From Octopus vulgaris (taxonomy: Eukaryota): a stretch of DNA of 64,000 nucleotides. Below the pieces are notes generated by a model, which did no database searches, had not been told where the DNA came from, and saw nothing but the letters and a program-made list of their open reading frames with translations. Positions 1 through 14,300 of this stretch are shown piece after piece (position 1 is the stretch's first letter; each line of letters starts with the position of its first letter). Location: positions 108,562,001 to 108,626,000 of the forward strand of contig OX597819.1 of NCBI GenBank assembly GCA_951406725.2, written 5' to 3'. The position numbers and the translations under genes were made by a program.

Positions 1-384
1 AGAATAAGGGAAGCTATTTTAATTAACAAGTAGTTCCCATGAATTAATAACAGACCTGAACTACACGCAGCTGGTTGGGTACCATAGCAACACAAAACAA
101 TTTTTCTCACACACACACACTACAAAGTAGAGAAATCAGCTATTAATGACATTTCTCTGTTTATTTCTTGAAGAAAAGGTCCTAACCCTGAAATATTAAA
201 ATACCAGATAATAGTACTAACTATTGACCTGTATTATCAATTTTTCATACTTTGCATTGTTTTGGCTTTAAAGAAAATATTCTCAGAATTGTTTAAAATA
301 AATAGACAATATAATATCTATCAGTTGATGCATAGTACCTCTGGATCCCCTCCATTTTCTTCTTCCCATATATATATATATATA

Positions 385-636
385 TCATCATCATCATCAT
401 CATCATCGTTTAACGTCCGTTTTCCGCGCTAGCACGGGTTGGACGGTTCGACCGGGGTCTGGGAAGCCAGGGGCCGCTCCAGGCTCCAGTCTGATTTTGG
501 CAGAGTTTCTACGGCTGGATGCCCTTCCTAACGCCAACCACTCCGTGAGTGGATTGGGTGCTTTTTACGTGCCACCTGCACAGGGGCCGGGGGGGTCCGG
601 CATCGGTCACGATCGGTTCGAGCTTTTAACGTGCCA
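385..636 (-). mobile_element. RTE 3'-end-derived repeat with (GAT)n tail
   Basis: CATCATCATCGTTTAACGTCCG..GGATGCCCTTCCTAACGCCAACCAC..TTTTTACGTGCCACC. The same family occurs at 1845-2120(-), 14597-15430(-), 21485-21790(+), 42865-43152(+), 53743-53931(+), 55257-55698(-). The 42865 copy keeps RTE-ORF-end-like sequence (LTEAVTGD). Confidence 0.8.
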
Positions 637-1509
637 GGGACACGGGGGCAACGGGATGCGGGGTAGAGTTGAGTTGGGGGGGGGTCCAGCTGAGAAAGGT
701 TTCACCAGTGAAAAGAGAGGGAGAGATAGTAAAGGGGTGCGGGTAATATAGGGGAGCACCAGTGGGGAAGGTTGGGGTAAGGAGGAACGATGGCAGGAAG
801 GGTTGGTGAAGGTTCGTAAGAAATATAAACGTAGGATGTGTATATATATATATGGGTAGGTGTGGGGGAGGTTGGGGGGTAAGGAGGAACGATGGCAGGA
901 AGGGTTGGTGCAGGTTCGTAAGAAATAAAAACGTAGGATATTACGAGGCATGGAGGGGACTGGAAGGAGATAGTAGGATTGAGGCAGTGTCAGTTCAAAA
1001 CAGGAGGAAGCGTAAGATCAGAGGGCGGTTGATGAGCTGAGACGCTAGCAGCTTGTCTTTTCTCAGTGAAAGCATATGAGGAGAAGGGGTAGGAAGGGGT
1101 GGTGGGGGAGGAGGAGGGAGTATCCGGTGTAGATGGTGAGAACAGTGTTCACCGGTATTGGTGGTGGGGGTGGTATTGGTGGTGGGGGTGGTATTGGTGG
1201 TGGGGGTGGTGGTGGTGTGGTTGTGGGGGTGGTGTTGGTGGTGGGGGGGTGGGGGTGGGGGTGGTATTGGGGGTGGGGGTGGGAGGGCGGGCGCACCGCG
1301 CAATGGGAGAAGATGAGATTTTTAGGCGGCAGAAAGAAAGACAGGATTTGAGATGGAATGCTTTGCGATCGTGTGCATAAGTTTCTATGAGTGGAAGTTG
1401 GGAAAAGATGGGTTAGAGAATTAAGCGACAGAAAGAAAGACCAAATTTGAGACGAGATGTTTTTGCGAAGTTTTTGTGAATGAAAGTTTATATGCTTCAG
1501 CTAGCATTT

Positions 1510-1811
1510 GAGACGAAAGACAACGATAACGCCAATATATGGGGAAACAATAATAATAAGAAGGCTTGATGGTGATGATGATACTTGCAAAAACAATGAA
1601 AAGAAGGAACAGGACTTAGCTGATATTTTTCATCCTGCGTATTGGCTAAGCCTGTGGAAGCGAGTGAAGGCGAGATATATATACAGAGAGAGAGAGAGAC
1701 AGTGATAACAGAGGGAGAAACCGACACCACATAGAGACGAAAGACAACGATAACGCCAATATATGGGGAAACAATAATAATAAGAAGGCTTGATGGTGAT
1801 GATGATACTTG

Positions 1812-1815
<4 letters not shown>
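1510..1815. repeat. Perfect 82-bp direct repeat, period 224 bp
   Basis: 1510-1591 is identical to 1734-1815. Nearby, a 64-bp repeat at 774-837 / 876-939 has 2 mismatches. Confidence 0.9.
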
Positions 1816-1848
<33 letters not shown>

Positions 1849-3613
1849 TCATCATCATCATCATTTATTGTCTGTTTTCCATACTAGCATGGGTTAGATG
1901 GTTCAACCAGGGTCTGGGAAGCCAGGAGGCTGCACCAGGTTCCAGTCTGATCTGGCAGTGTTTCTACAGCTGGATGCCCTTCCTAACGCCAACCACTCTG
2001 TGAGTGTAGTGGGTGCTTTTTACATGCCACCAGCACGAGTATCACAACTACAATTTCCATTTGATTTTTTTTATTTTGATGTTGATGTACTTGACTCAAT
2101 AGGTCTCCTCAAGCACAGCAGGTTATTATGACACAAAAGGAATACAGTGTACCTATTTTATAAACTGAGATACACATGATAATATCATCATCATTTTTAC
2201 ATCCACTTTTATTATGCTGGCATGAGTTAGATGAGATTTCTTGAGGCAGCATTCTACAATGAGACAACTTTCCTGCTGTCAAGCCTTGTTTCCAAGAAGG
2301 ATATTTTAATCAATTGAAATTTACATTTTGAACTGCTGAGCAACAGGATATAAGCAAGCATTACCAATGCCTGAGCAGTGTCAGTGTGATGATGTGAACA
2401 GAGAAATATACGCACGTATAAGCACATATACGCACATATAAGATTGACTCGCATACAGTTTTTATCTGCCAAATTTCATTCACAAGGTTTTGGTCAACTT
2501 GAAGCTATAGTGAGAGACATGTGCCCAAGGTGCTATGCAGTGAGACTGAACCCAGAATCACATCACATGGTTGGGAACCAAACTTCTTAATTTCATAGTC
2601 ATGCTTGCATCCATCTCTCTTTCTCTTTTTCTTCCTCCCTTCTCTCCCCCCTCTCTCTATATACATACACACATCTATATATATAGGTTTGATAATTCAA
2701 ACAGGAGAAATAGAACTCAATATTCTATAGTAAATATATCTTTATTTAGCCATAACTTACATGGCTTTACAGCTAATAAAAAAGGTTGTATGTGTGTGTA
2801 TTCTCAGCATCTTTGGATTCTCAAGATGCTCTTTTTCCTCCCTTTCTGTTACTGGTTTGGATTCAGTTGCCTATATTCAGTCCAGTACAGGATGAAAGTT
2901 CTTACCCAGGCATAGTTAAGTTGATTACATTGACCCAGTGTTCAACTGGTACTTATGTCTTTTACTCTGAAAGGAAAAGTTAAACTTGGTGCAATTTGAA
3001 TTCAAAATGTAAAGACAAACAGAATACTGCTAAGTATTTCACCCTGCATGCTAATAATTCCTCCAGCTTGCAGCCCTTTCTGTTATAAACACCTTAAACT
3101 CCGTCACATGCCTATTCATCTTTCAGTTGACTTTCTAAGTGCACCATCTTACCAGTTCTTGTTTATCAGTTCCTCACCATACTATGCGCATTTCTGTTTC
3201 CCCATCCTTTGTGTAACTTCCTGAATTTTTCGTCAGTATTGTATTTTTATTTATCTATTTTATATTTATTAAAAGTTTTTATCAGTGTTTTATTGTAATT
3301 AGTTTTCTCTAATCTTTCTTCAATTTTTCTTCTTTCTCCCTTCCATTTATATGCTTTACATTCACTTCTGCTGCATTCCTCTTGCCTCTCCATGTGTCTC
3401 ACTAATATTCTTCACTCACAAAAGTAAAGCTTTTTTTCTTCTGTAGGTGGATATCTACGAAGTAGAAACAGTACTGTACTGTATATTTTTTTTAATATTT
3501 TTATAATTTGTATATATTTATTTCATTATAAATGCCAAACAACACCACACACTTGCCTCCCAAGTTTCATTTTCAATACAGTATGTACAATACTATATCT
3601 ACTCATCTATGGT

Positions 3614-3899
3614 TGTTTGTTCCTTCTCGAGCCACGCCTGGCTCATTAGGGCCTGTTTCCTTGGCATATAGGTTCCCCACCTGGACGGGATGCTGGTCCG
3701 TCGCAGGTGAGCTGCAAGATGCAGGAGGAAAGAGTGAGAGAAAGTTGTGGCAAAAGTTCGCTATTACCTTCTGCCGGAGCTGAGTGGAGCTTAGGTGTTT
3801 CGCTCATAAACACACACATCGTCCAGTCTGAGATTCGAACCCAAGAATCCCTCAATCGCAAGTCCACTACTCTAACCACTAGGCCATGTGCCTCCACTC
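3614..3899 (-). mobile_element. tRNA-derived SINE with 13-bp TSD, inserted in an older Tigger/pogo-like MITE
   Basis: Minus-strand head has A box TGGCCTAGTGG and B box GGTTCGAATC. TSD ACTCATCTATGGT at 3601-3613 and 3900-3912. Confidence 0.85.
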
Positions 3900-4969
3900 A
3901 CTCATCTATGGTACACTCTGTATTTTCTTTTACTATATTTTAATTAATGTATTATATACAGTGCAGTACTGTATTGCATTTGTATTTATTAATTTTTAGG
4001 CGTGAAAATACTTATTTTACCACAGAAATAATTAAAATCTAAAAAATTATGAATATTTATCGGCCGCAGAAACCCGCAATATACTGAGGAATCCCCAATA
4101 TAAATTTACATATATTAACCAGAAAAATTCACGATGTACTGAGGGTGTAATAGGTGAACTGTGATATAGCAAGTGATTACTGTCTATATATATTGTGTTA
4201 GCTCTACATTAGATATTGCTGGAAGCAAGAACAATCTTTTATGTCCATACTCAAGGTAAAAAATCTGAGAATTGTTTGTTTAGGCTTTGCCAGAAGACCA
4301 TTTTGAATTATATGTCTAAATATTAACATTATACAGAATTGCCATGATTCCTTTTAAAGAATTCTCCATTAAATTAGTCTCAACATCAGTCATCTTACCC
4401 TGGTAACACCAGGTATCCTGTTACTATATATTATACACACATGCACACTCCACAGTCACCATCATCACCATCTCCATTTTATGACGAGCTTCCCTACTAG
4501 CATAAATTGAATGAATCATTGCAGGCTCAATTCTCATTCAGAATTATTACCGTTTTAAGCAAGTCAAGGGAACATAGTTCATGCGTACATTCCATTGTGG
4601 GCATAGTTTCTAAGGTTGGACACCCTCCCTAACACAAACCACTTTCACAAAGTGTACTGGGTACTTTTTCCATGGCATCAGCACTAGCGAAGTAATCATA
4701 TTCTCAGTAAGACTAAAGGGTCCTCTAAGCTCTACATTGACTTCACTCTTTTGACCACCACTTTGCAGGGTTAATTTGGTGCATTTTGTCATAGCAGGAG
4801 TATTAGTGAGGTTGCTTTGTACTCACATGATTAAAAAGTGCTCGCATCTCTATATTTATATTCATTCAAGGCAAATATAATCAAGAGGGTGAATAAAACA
4901 GATAGCAATGACAGAGTATAATCTAGCATGAAAGAGGAACAAGGGCATGCGCGCACACACACACACACA

Positions 4970-5016
<47 letters not shown>

Positions 5017-5359
5017 TCTCTCTCTCTCTCTCTATCTCACTCACACACATACACACATTATCATCATTATCATCAGTTAACATCCATGTTCCATGTTTGC
5101 ATGGGTTGGATAGTTTGACAAGATCTGATTGGCCCAAGGACTCTATTGTGCTTCAGTGTCTGCTTTGGCATGATGCCTATGATGTCTATGGCTGAATGCC
5201 CTTCCTGATGCCAACCACATTACAATGTGTTCTGAGTTCTTTTTTTTGTTTTTCTTTTTTTTTGCCATGAACACAAGTGAGGTCACCATACGGCTTGCAG
5301 TACTACAAACATACATGAAAGAGGGACATCTTTATATTAGGGGATGAGGTGTGTGTGTA

Positions 5360-5405
<46 letters not shown>

Positions 5406-6367
5406 TAATTTATTTTCTGCTGAAGATTCTAGAAAGATAAAAACCATCTTTTGCTTCAGAATATAGTTATTACTTATTTTTTTATTATATTTTTCTTATA
5501 AACAGCATTTATTCTTTCTGATATTACTATGTCAAAATTTTTCATGTTTTAATATAAGTTATGTCTATATCTAAATATATCTATATATTTTTATGTAATA
5601 ATCTCTAATTTGTTGAAAAGAGTGCTTTCATATGCATACAAATTCTGAAAACATATGTATGCAGCAATTGTATATTCATGCAATTTTATCTATGTACAGT
5701 ACCCTTCTAAGATTCTGTAAGATTGTGTTTCTCTCATTAGCTATTTTCCATAAACAAAACGGAATATAAAAGTATACTTTCAACACCTCCCACTATATCT
5801 GGGAAATCGATTCTTCTTTGCATCTGAAATTTTCAGAAGTTATTAAAAATAATTTTGGCACCTAACTTTAATACACATTTATTTCCTGCTGAATATTGTA
5901 GAGAATTGAAGTTGTTGTTCTTCCAGGATATTTACATACAATTTTGTTGTAAAGGTTGGTTGAAGCATAAGCATAGCACTGTTCTTAAGAAGTTTGCCTC
6001 TCAACCACATGGTCTTGAGTTCAGTTGCACTGTGTGACACTTTAGGTGCCTTCAACTCAAGCCCCAATCTGACCTGAAGCCTTGTAAATGGATTTGTTAG
6101 ATGGAAACTGAAAGAAGTCCCTTTTGTATGTGTGTACCCATAACCTGACAGCATGTGATGATTGTAAATGAACATCGTCATACAAGTGATGCTGTTCATT
6201 TTCAGTCTTCCAGCAAAAACACATCTGGGTGTGGGAAACTACTTACTTGCTTGGATACAAGGGTTAGTGACCGGAATGGTATCCATCCAGAGAGAATCTG
6301 CCTCTATAAGTTCTTTCTGACACATGCAAGCATGTCATTAAATGATGACGACGAGGTGTGTGTGTGT

Positions 6368-6696
6368 GTTAGTTAGTTAGTTAATTTTTTGGCTCAAAAA
6401 GCAAAAGGCAAGGCCATGTAGGGGGACATGGAGTTATGTACAGGGTGGTGTTCATGTAAAGAGTTCAGGCCACTTCTGGTCAAGGGAGACTTTGAACTGA
6501 GCGGTCGTCGGCATCTTCACCATCTCGTCCGGCAGCTTATTCCACGGATCTGCAACCTGGACGGAGAAAGCCCCTTTCCTTCGATTGAGATGAAATCATC
6601 GCAGATAGAGCTTTTTGGAATGACCCCACAGCCGACACTCTGGAGCAGGAGTGAAGAACAGCTCTTTTGAGAGGTTACACTTTCCGCTTATGATGT
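6368..6696 (-). mobile_element. CR1-type LINE 3' fragment, copy 1 (329 bp)
   Basis: Minus strand encodes GHSKKL..FSVQVADPWNKLPDEMV..FKVSLD with one in-frame stop; (AACT)n tail; inserted in a GT microsatellite. Confidence 0.85.
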
Positions 6697-8211
6697 TTGT
6701 GTGTGTGTGCTTGTTTACATTAGCATTTCTCTGAAAATTCACTCAAGCAGTGACATTGCTGTTATTTCTTGTCAATGGATCATCCACTAGTTTTGCACTT
6801 TTGAAGCTGTATGGAATGGGAGATTCCTTATGTGCAAGTAAGGTCAGTAAGAAGAAGGGCATCTGGCTGTAAAACAGTGTGTCAGTAATACATATGTCTA
6901 ACCCATGCTAGCATCAGAAAACAGATGTAAAAATGACTGAATGACTATATTGGTATTGATTATCAGAGGAATCAGCTATAATGTACAAGAGTGAACGGAA
7001 GAAGGACAATTGGTATGGAGGACGACAATTGGTCAGTGGAGTGGCAAGTGATCCATGGAAGAAGTAGTGAGTGAGGTTTCCTTCAAAATGCTGGACTGCA
7101 CAAAGACAATACAGGACCACAACACTCTCTGTTAGAGCAAAACCATCCAATCCATGCCAGCATGGAAAAATAGACGTGAGATTATGACAATGGCAATAAT
7201 TTCATATATATATCAAAGAAACAAGAACAACTATTCATTACATTTATACCAAGGTATTAAGAGTTTATACATATACACATATTTTAAAAACCAGAAAACC
7301 ATTTTTGTCATTTTTTTTTTTTGTCCCACTTCTTTCTAGCTCTCTCCCAAACAACAATGAGCACATTGTTTTAATTTCTTATTGTTATATATACACACAC
7401 ACATACACACCATCATTATCATCACCACCATCGTCATCAAATTCTTCATCTTCATTGTAGTGGTGGTGGTGGTGGTTTGTTGTCATCAGACACCTTTTAT
7501 ATTCACAACTAAACAGCAGTTATCCACCACAGTCACTACCACCAATACCACTATCACCTCCACAACCTCTCACAACAACCAATATCACCACTTTCATTAC
7601 CACAACCTCCACCACCACCACCACCACTACTACTACTACAACTATCACTTTTACACCTCTACCACGACAACCAGTATCATATCACCACATCAACTACCTC
7701 CACCACCACTACAACTATCATCACCTTAACCATCATCAATACTACCATTACTACTAACACCACCGTTACTACCACAACCACCACTACCACTGCCATCTCT
7801 ACCATTATGCAGTTCTGCTGTCTCAACCAAGCTGCAGTTGCAGTATTTCGGTTGTTAAGTGTATATTGTACATTTTCAGCTGCCACTTTGCCAATCTAAG
7901 AACTGTAAGATGCAGCAATATGGCTGTGACTGCTTCATGTTTGGGGGTTGGCAAATGGATGGTTGGGTGGAGGTGTTATCGTTGTGATGGTGGTTGTTAT
8001 GGAGAGTACTGTGTGCATTTGTTGTTGAGATTAAACAGATTTATGATCAGAGGCATTCCTGCCATGACTATCTTGTCTTTTTTATTTGTGTATCTAGGAT
8101 TGCATTATCCATCGTTTCTGTTTTTTTTTTTAAATGGTGAGAATATGATTTGGGTGTTATTTGACATGTTATTTCTCGCAAGTCAAGTGGCACATTGGTG
8201 TTGTTCTAGAA

Positions 8212-8291
8212 CAGTGGTTCCTAATCTGGAGTCCACAGACCCCTGGTAGTACTGGGGGTCCATGAACTAAATTCAAAATTTCATATATATT

Positions 8292-8323
<32 letters not shown>

Positions 8324-8426
8324 CATGCATGCATACACACACACACACACACACACACAAGGATAAGCTTATTAAAAGGGGTCTCCATAGGAAAACTCGT
8401 TTAAATAAAAGGGTTGGGAATCACAG
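8212..8426. mobile_element. hAT (Charlie-like) MITE
   Basis: TIRs CAGTGGTTCCTAA / TTGGGAATCACAG; flanks TTCTAGAA and TTCTAGAG (7/8 TSD match, TCTAGA target). Confidence 0.75.
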
Positions 8427-9769
8427 TTCTAGAGAGTGGAGGTGGATGTTGTCTAGCTTCTGGTCACCTCTGATTGAACAGCCCGGTGATGTGACCACCT
8501 TGTTTTTCTTTTATCCCAACCTACTGTATCTAGGACTGCATTATCCAATGTGTTCCTCTTTTTTCATGAGACATTAATACATTATATGAGGGAAATTTGG
8601 CTGCTATTTCTAATAAGTCTAATTACTACATAGAAATTCCCCAACAAGGTTTGTTGTTGATGTTGTTTAAATCCAGGTTAGTGCTAATCTAATTGAGCTA
8701 TAATTCCAGCTGTGGCCATCCCATCTTTTATTTAGGCCTATGTTTTTCATTCATGTTGCTATTTAGCCCCAATTTACCCCTTATCCAGCAGATATATGAT
8801 TACAAATGTTTCAGCCATAACTATCCCATATTTTTCCCAAGCACATTATCCTGTGTTCTGTTCTATGTATGTAAGTGGGGCTGAATTTGAAGGGGACTTA
8901 AATGCCATTTCTAACATGTTGAGTAATCACATAGAGCTTCATTCATTAATGTTGTTGTTGTTGTTGGAAAAGAATAGTGTGGGTTTGTGAGAGGACACAT
9001 GATCCTAGAGATGTTATTGTTTATTCCAAAGTTAACCCTGATTCAGTCAACTTATGCTCAAAGGCATTCCAGCCATGACCATCTGGTCCGTTATTCAGAT
9101 ATAATCTAAGACTACATTATCCAATGTATTCCTCATATTTTTTATTGTATTTTATTTTTTCTCCCCTAATTTCAATCATTGGAGTGCAACCATACTGGTT
9201 ACACCAATTTCAGTAGGGTGTAATTTGAGGAAGATTTGACTATTGTTTCTAGCAGGTTGACCAATTAGCTAAAGCTTCCAACATCTGCTCATATAAAAGG
9301 AGAGTGTTGTGGAACTGCAGAACTATTGTGTTAAGAAAGCAAGAAATTCCAATGTGTTGATATTCTAAGGAACATCAACATCTGTGCAGGCATGGATGTA
9401 TGGTTTAGAAGTTTGTTTTGTAACCATTTTGTGTTCAGTCCTACTAAGCAACACTTTGGTTAAGTATCTTCTACTAGAGCCCCAGGATGGTCAATACCTT
9501 GTGAAATTTTAGGAAGCTCATTACATTTGCATATATGTGTGTGTATACAAATGTACATGAATATTGACCTTTGAGATGAAAAATAAAAAAAGCCTTACTT
9601 ATAAAACTGGTAAGGGTTGGCAATAGGACGAGCATCCAGGTGTAATTTCCTGTCTAAAATAAGCCTTCATCCAACCCATGCTTGAATCGAAAAACTGGCA
9701 TAATGAGCAAATGAATGAATGATATATTTGAAGTTGATGATTCATTTTGTCACTTCTCTGAAAGTCAAA

Positions 9770-10070
9770 GCCCTGACTTCAGAAGGATGCTTATGACTAG
9801 AAGTTGCAGATGGATTTTAAAGGAAATGTTTTGTTCCTAAATCATTGCATTAATGATGTCTTGATTATTGAGTTGTTGATGCCGGATTTGGAATATTTAA
9901 TGGGCACATAAAAGAAAGGCTTAAAATATGAGCGGTTTAGAGTTGTTAAGCACAAAGATGGCAGTATAAAGTGCTTCCTGTAGAAGTGAGATGTCATGGA
10001 CTTTCAGATGGATCCACAATGTGAACTTAAGAAGAATAGTGATTTGTGAATTGAGCAAGAAACAGAGAAT
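9770..10070 (+). mobile_element. Highly decayed non-LTR element with restriction-like endonuclease C-terminus (HERO/R4-like)
   Basis: Frameshifted remnants IIELLMP, AHKRK..KYE and VLPVEVRCHG resemble the RLE motifs ELTVPWE / AHERK..KY / PVEVGCRG. Confidence 0.45.
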
Positions 10071-11490
10071 TCTTTGTTGATGGAAATGCAGAGGTATGTG
10101 AGAGAGAGAGAGAGAGAGCGAAGAATATATAGTAAAATAAAATAATTGCAGCAAGATGTAGTGTTTACAGCTGCACCCAGTTTGATGTGATAACTGCATG
10201 GTTAACAGAAGAAAAGGGAAAATGTTATTATGATGCGGGCCATAATAACATTTGATGTTCCAAAGTCTTTGGAACATCAATGATACTCATTACACTGCTG
10301 GATGGAGGAGTACTGCTACAAAGAGCCAAAACCATTATGATCTTCTGTCAATAGCTGATAAAAGGAATTTCTTAGAGTGCAAACAATATGTAAAATATTG
10401 TATATATAATTTTGTGTGTGTGTAAAAGATGATAGGTTCCACCATTTCATGATGAAGATTCAGTTGTTTAACTGAATTATCTGCTCTTCATTTTAACATA
10501 TAAGCGACTGAGCATTTTACTGACATGTGTGCCCTTAACATAATTCTTAAGCAGAGTCAGTGTGACACAGCATCTGACAAGACCGTACTGTTTGAATTAC
10601 AGGTATAATCTACTTGATGTGGTTCTGTACAGTTTCCATCTAAGTAATTTCACTCACAGTGTATGTACTTACTTGTACTTGTGGTGACATTCACCCTGGG
10701 TGGGTTGAGTCGGCTTCTTCTACCATGGAAGAAGTCTCATGGGAATATGTGGATTTCACAACCGGTCCCCAACAATCCCGCATGTAGAGACATCCTGTTT
10801 GCCGCAGAGTGTCCGCAGACGCAGGGACAGAACAACCGAGGAGCCGCCGGTTGCTGAAACAGACACTCCGAGGATTTTCACCAGAGCCCCGTCTACCGGG
10901 TTGTGGCCCTAATACCACTCAGTGTCAGACCAATCTGCCTTGGGTAGCACTATCAGGAACCAAAGTTCCCGACGGCATAGCTCTGACGCTACAATGTATG
11001 AGTCAATCCATACAAATAAATGAATGTCATCAAGTCTTATCTTTACAGCTGTTTCAGATAAACAATCACTGGTGCCATAACCATGTATATAATGTAATAT
11101 CGTCCAATAATATTAGATTAACGCAGATTTTAGAGAGCTGTGATGTGAAATCATGTTATCCTCATAAGAAGATTCTGGTGAACAGTGTAGTGTAGAATAG
11201 TGTTTATAAATATATAAGTTCAATGGGAAATCATGTAAGAGAGGTGGTGGTGAGGAGGAGGAGGAATAATCTGAGAAACATTAATGGAAAGATGGGATGG
11301 GGAGAAGGGTGGGGTTGCTAAAATAGGGTTAGTAATTAAAAGACATCGATTGATGGCATCAAGAAAGAAAGAGATATGAAATAGGCCATGAAAATAAGAG
11401 AGGAAGTTAGATCAAAGAGAGGTCAGTATCTAGTGAAGAGTCTTATATGTGTGCGAGTGTGTGTATATACATGTTTTTATGTGTGTGTGT

Positions 11491-11532
<42 letters not shown>

Positions 11533-13899
11533 TAGACACAAGCATGGTTATAAGTTGAAAGCATAGGATTGTGGTTAAAAGTTTGTTTTTCAACTATGTG
11601 AGTTTGAACTCAGTCCCACTGCATGGACATCTTGGAAAAGTTTCTTCTGTTACGATCCTAGGCTGTAGTGAGTGGACTTTGTTGATGGAAACTGAAAGAT
11701 GCCCATCATGATTGTGTGTGTGTTCATGTCTCCTTGATCACATGCTAATTGTAAACAAACATCGCTTTTAAGTAGTGTCATCTGTTAACAGTCTTCTGTG
11801 TAAACCTGTCTAGCTGTTGGTGTTATTCAATTCAAAGGATTAAGGGGAAATATTACCTTACTTAGAAACAAGTGAGGATTGATAATAGAAAGAGCATCCA
11901 GCCATAAAAAATGTGCATCAGCAAATTTTGTCTGATCCATGTAAACAACAGGTGAATGTTGAAATGATGATGATGATGATGATTATGATGATCTGTGCAT
12001 AGTGGTTGTGGTGATATAAAAGAAAGGAATCAACAGCCCTGCAATTTTGATGAAGGTGTGTTGGTGGCAGCTGCTATTGCTGGCATGAAATCATTAGTTA
12101 CCACCTCAACTGATTTTATGGCAGCTGCAGTTGTTGTTGTTGTTGTCATTGTTGTTGTATAACCCTAAGAAGTATAACCCTAATGCATACAAACACACAC
12201 AGCATGGCTTCTGTAATCAACCCAAAGGTGGAACGTGAAACCTACTAGACAAGGAAATGGAAGCAATAATAGTTGCTGTCATAGAAACCTCATGTTTGGA
12301 CTTGTTGCTTGGTTGTGGTGGTGGTGGTGATGGTGGTGGTGGTGGTGGTGGTTGTTGTTGTTGTGGTAGTGGCGGTGGTGGTGTTGGTGGTGGTATTGAT
12401 GGTGGTGGAGGAGTTTATAGCTGCGGCTGGGAAGTGGTCGATGTAAACAAACATCTTCATCCAGGTTAGAACTTTGAAGGGCAATAAGACTAATAGTGGT
12501 GAAGGACATCTTCCCCTCCCCCCCACACACACACTCAAATAAGATAATGGTGAGGTAGTAGATGTCACGAACTTTATGGAAGTAACTGTCCTGGCCAAGT
12601 GCATACTAGACCACCACTTCAATTCAAGTGCAGTTTTTGTGTTTCAAAACAGAAGTTCTATGTCATAGTTGATGCAGTCATCAAGACAATTGACTGTAAT
12701 GGTGATGGTGGGGTGTAGAAACTGGATTATCCAGTAGATAAAATACTGGACTACCTATGCTTTTCATGGCTCCCATGTTCAAATCCTGGTGCTGCAGTAT
12801 TGCGTTTCTGAGTGGAATGCTTTATTTTACAGTATTTTAATATTACATTATTGTTGTTGCTTTGTCTGATCAGTCTCTGGTCAAGAAAATCTTTGATCTA
12901 TGTTCTTTTTATAATCATCCCATCTTTTGAGGACTATGTAAGGAATACTTTAATGTGCTGTTCTCTGTTTAAGATGATGAGATTTGGCTGTTGTGTGTGG
13001 CATGTCAAGAACCACTTAAAAGTTCCATTGTTGGCTAATTGTCTTAATTGCCAGTAACAAGTGCCACCAGATTATCTTGATCTAATGATGACACTTTTGT
13101 GTTGTTACTTGTCCTTCCTGAAATAGCAGCAAAATATTAGGTGCCTCTGCATAGTCACACAATCTGCAACAAAAGCAGCTAAATTTCCCTCAGAACTTGC
13201 CTTAATGTCTTAAAAAGACATTGAATAATGTGATCCTGGTTTTCCCTGCACACAGGAAGATGGTGGCTGGAATAACTTTGTTTGGAGGTTTGCTTGATCA
13301 GAGTTGACCTAAGATTAAACAACTCCCACCACATGAACCAATAAAGGAGTGGCTATGTGGTTACCCAACTTGCTAGAAATTGTGTCTAAATATCCCTTTA
13401 ATTATACCCTACCATTTTAAAACAAGGAGATATTGCATAATGGAGTCCAAGAGTTAAACCCTCCTTCCCTTCTTTCCTGAGCGTCAAATAATACTTTAAT
13501 TGTTCCACGTCCTCGCGTTGCTGTGTTTTTTTTTTTCTGTGTTTTCTTGTTTGGATTAACTATATATATATATATATTATGCACAACACTGCTTTAATGA
13601 AAAGTGAAACAAATTTATAGGATCCTGGTATGTTCTGGGAAATAGCCTAGCTCAGTATGCAGGAAAGGAGGAGGTATAAACTGCATATCTTGTACCCAAT
13701 ATAAACTTTAGACAAAAGAGGTATAGTGGATTCACTGGCAGACTAACAAAGAAAGTATGCTTCATATATGACAGATGTATTGAAGAAGTACATACAAAGA
13801 ACACACTAGAAATAGATTATCTTAAATGCTCGGATCAATCACTAGAAGTATTTGATAACATTTGTGATCTCAGAGATATAATTTACAGAGGGGATGGTT

Positions 13900-14300
13900 G
13901 CTATGAAAGTATAGTAGTCAGGGTTAGAATAGACTGGAAAAAGTTCAGAGTGCTTCTACCATTGCTGATAACAGAGGTCTTTTCCCTCAGGGATTTTATG
14001 ATACTTGTGTTAGAAGTGTGATATTGCATGGTAGTGAGACATGGGCCTTGAATGCAGATTACTTGAGAGGTGACTGAAAAGAAATGAAGCAAGCATGCTC
14101 TGTTGGATGTGTAATGAATGACAAAGTACAAATGCTTTGAGAGAAAATTAAGCATAAGAGGAATCAGATGTTGTGTGCAAGAAAGAAGACTTTGCCAGTA
14201 TAGACATATGATGTATATGGATGAAGACAGCTGTATAAAGAATGACTTAATGTGGATGGAGCTTGTGGATGAGGGATACCCAGGATGTCATTGGACGAAA
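13900..14300 (+). mobile_element. Degenerate RTE-clade LINE fragment (post-RT region)
   Basis: Reads YDTCVRSVILHGSETWA and LSIRGIRCCVQERRLCQYRHMMYMDEDSCIK, compared with RTE LYGSETW and RRLRWYGHVMRM. Related scraps at ~41870-41960 and ~54140-54360. Confidence 0.7.

Noticed and set aside
995-1380. Pro-, Gly-, Thr- and His-rich ORFs (also 7382-7886, 12257-12622, 15585-15971)
   Set aside because: Translations of simple repeats, with no splice or homology support.
497-2131. ORFs containing FLQLDALPNANHS (also 14626-15417, 21361-21675, 55227-55737)
   Set aside because: Antisense or chance translations of a high-copy RTE-end repeat, not host genes.
3800-3899. tRNA gene candidates (also 45270-45350, 39296-39370, 56308-56380)
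   Set aside because: A/B boxes are present but there is no full cloverleaf, and they are continuous with SINE bodies or TSDs. These are SINE heads, not tRNA genes.
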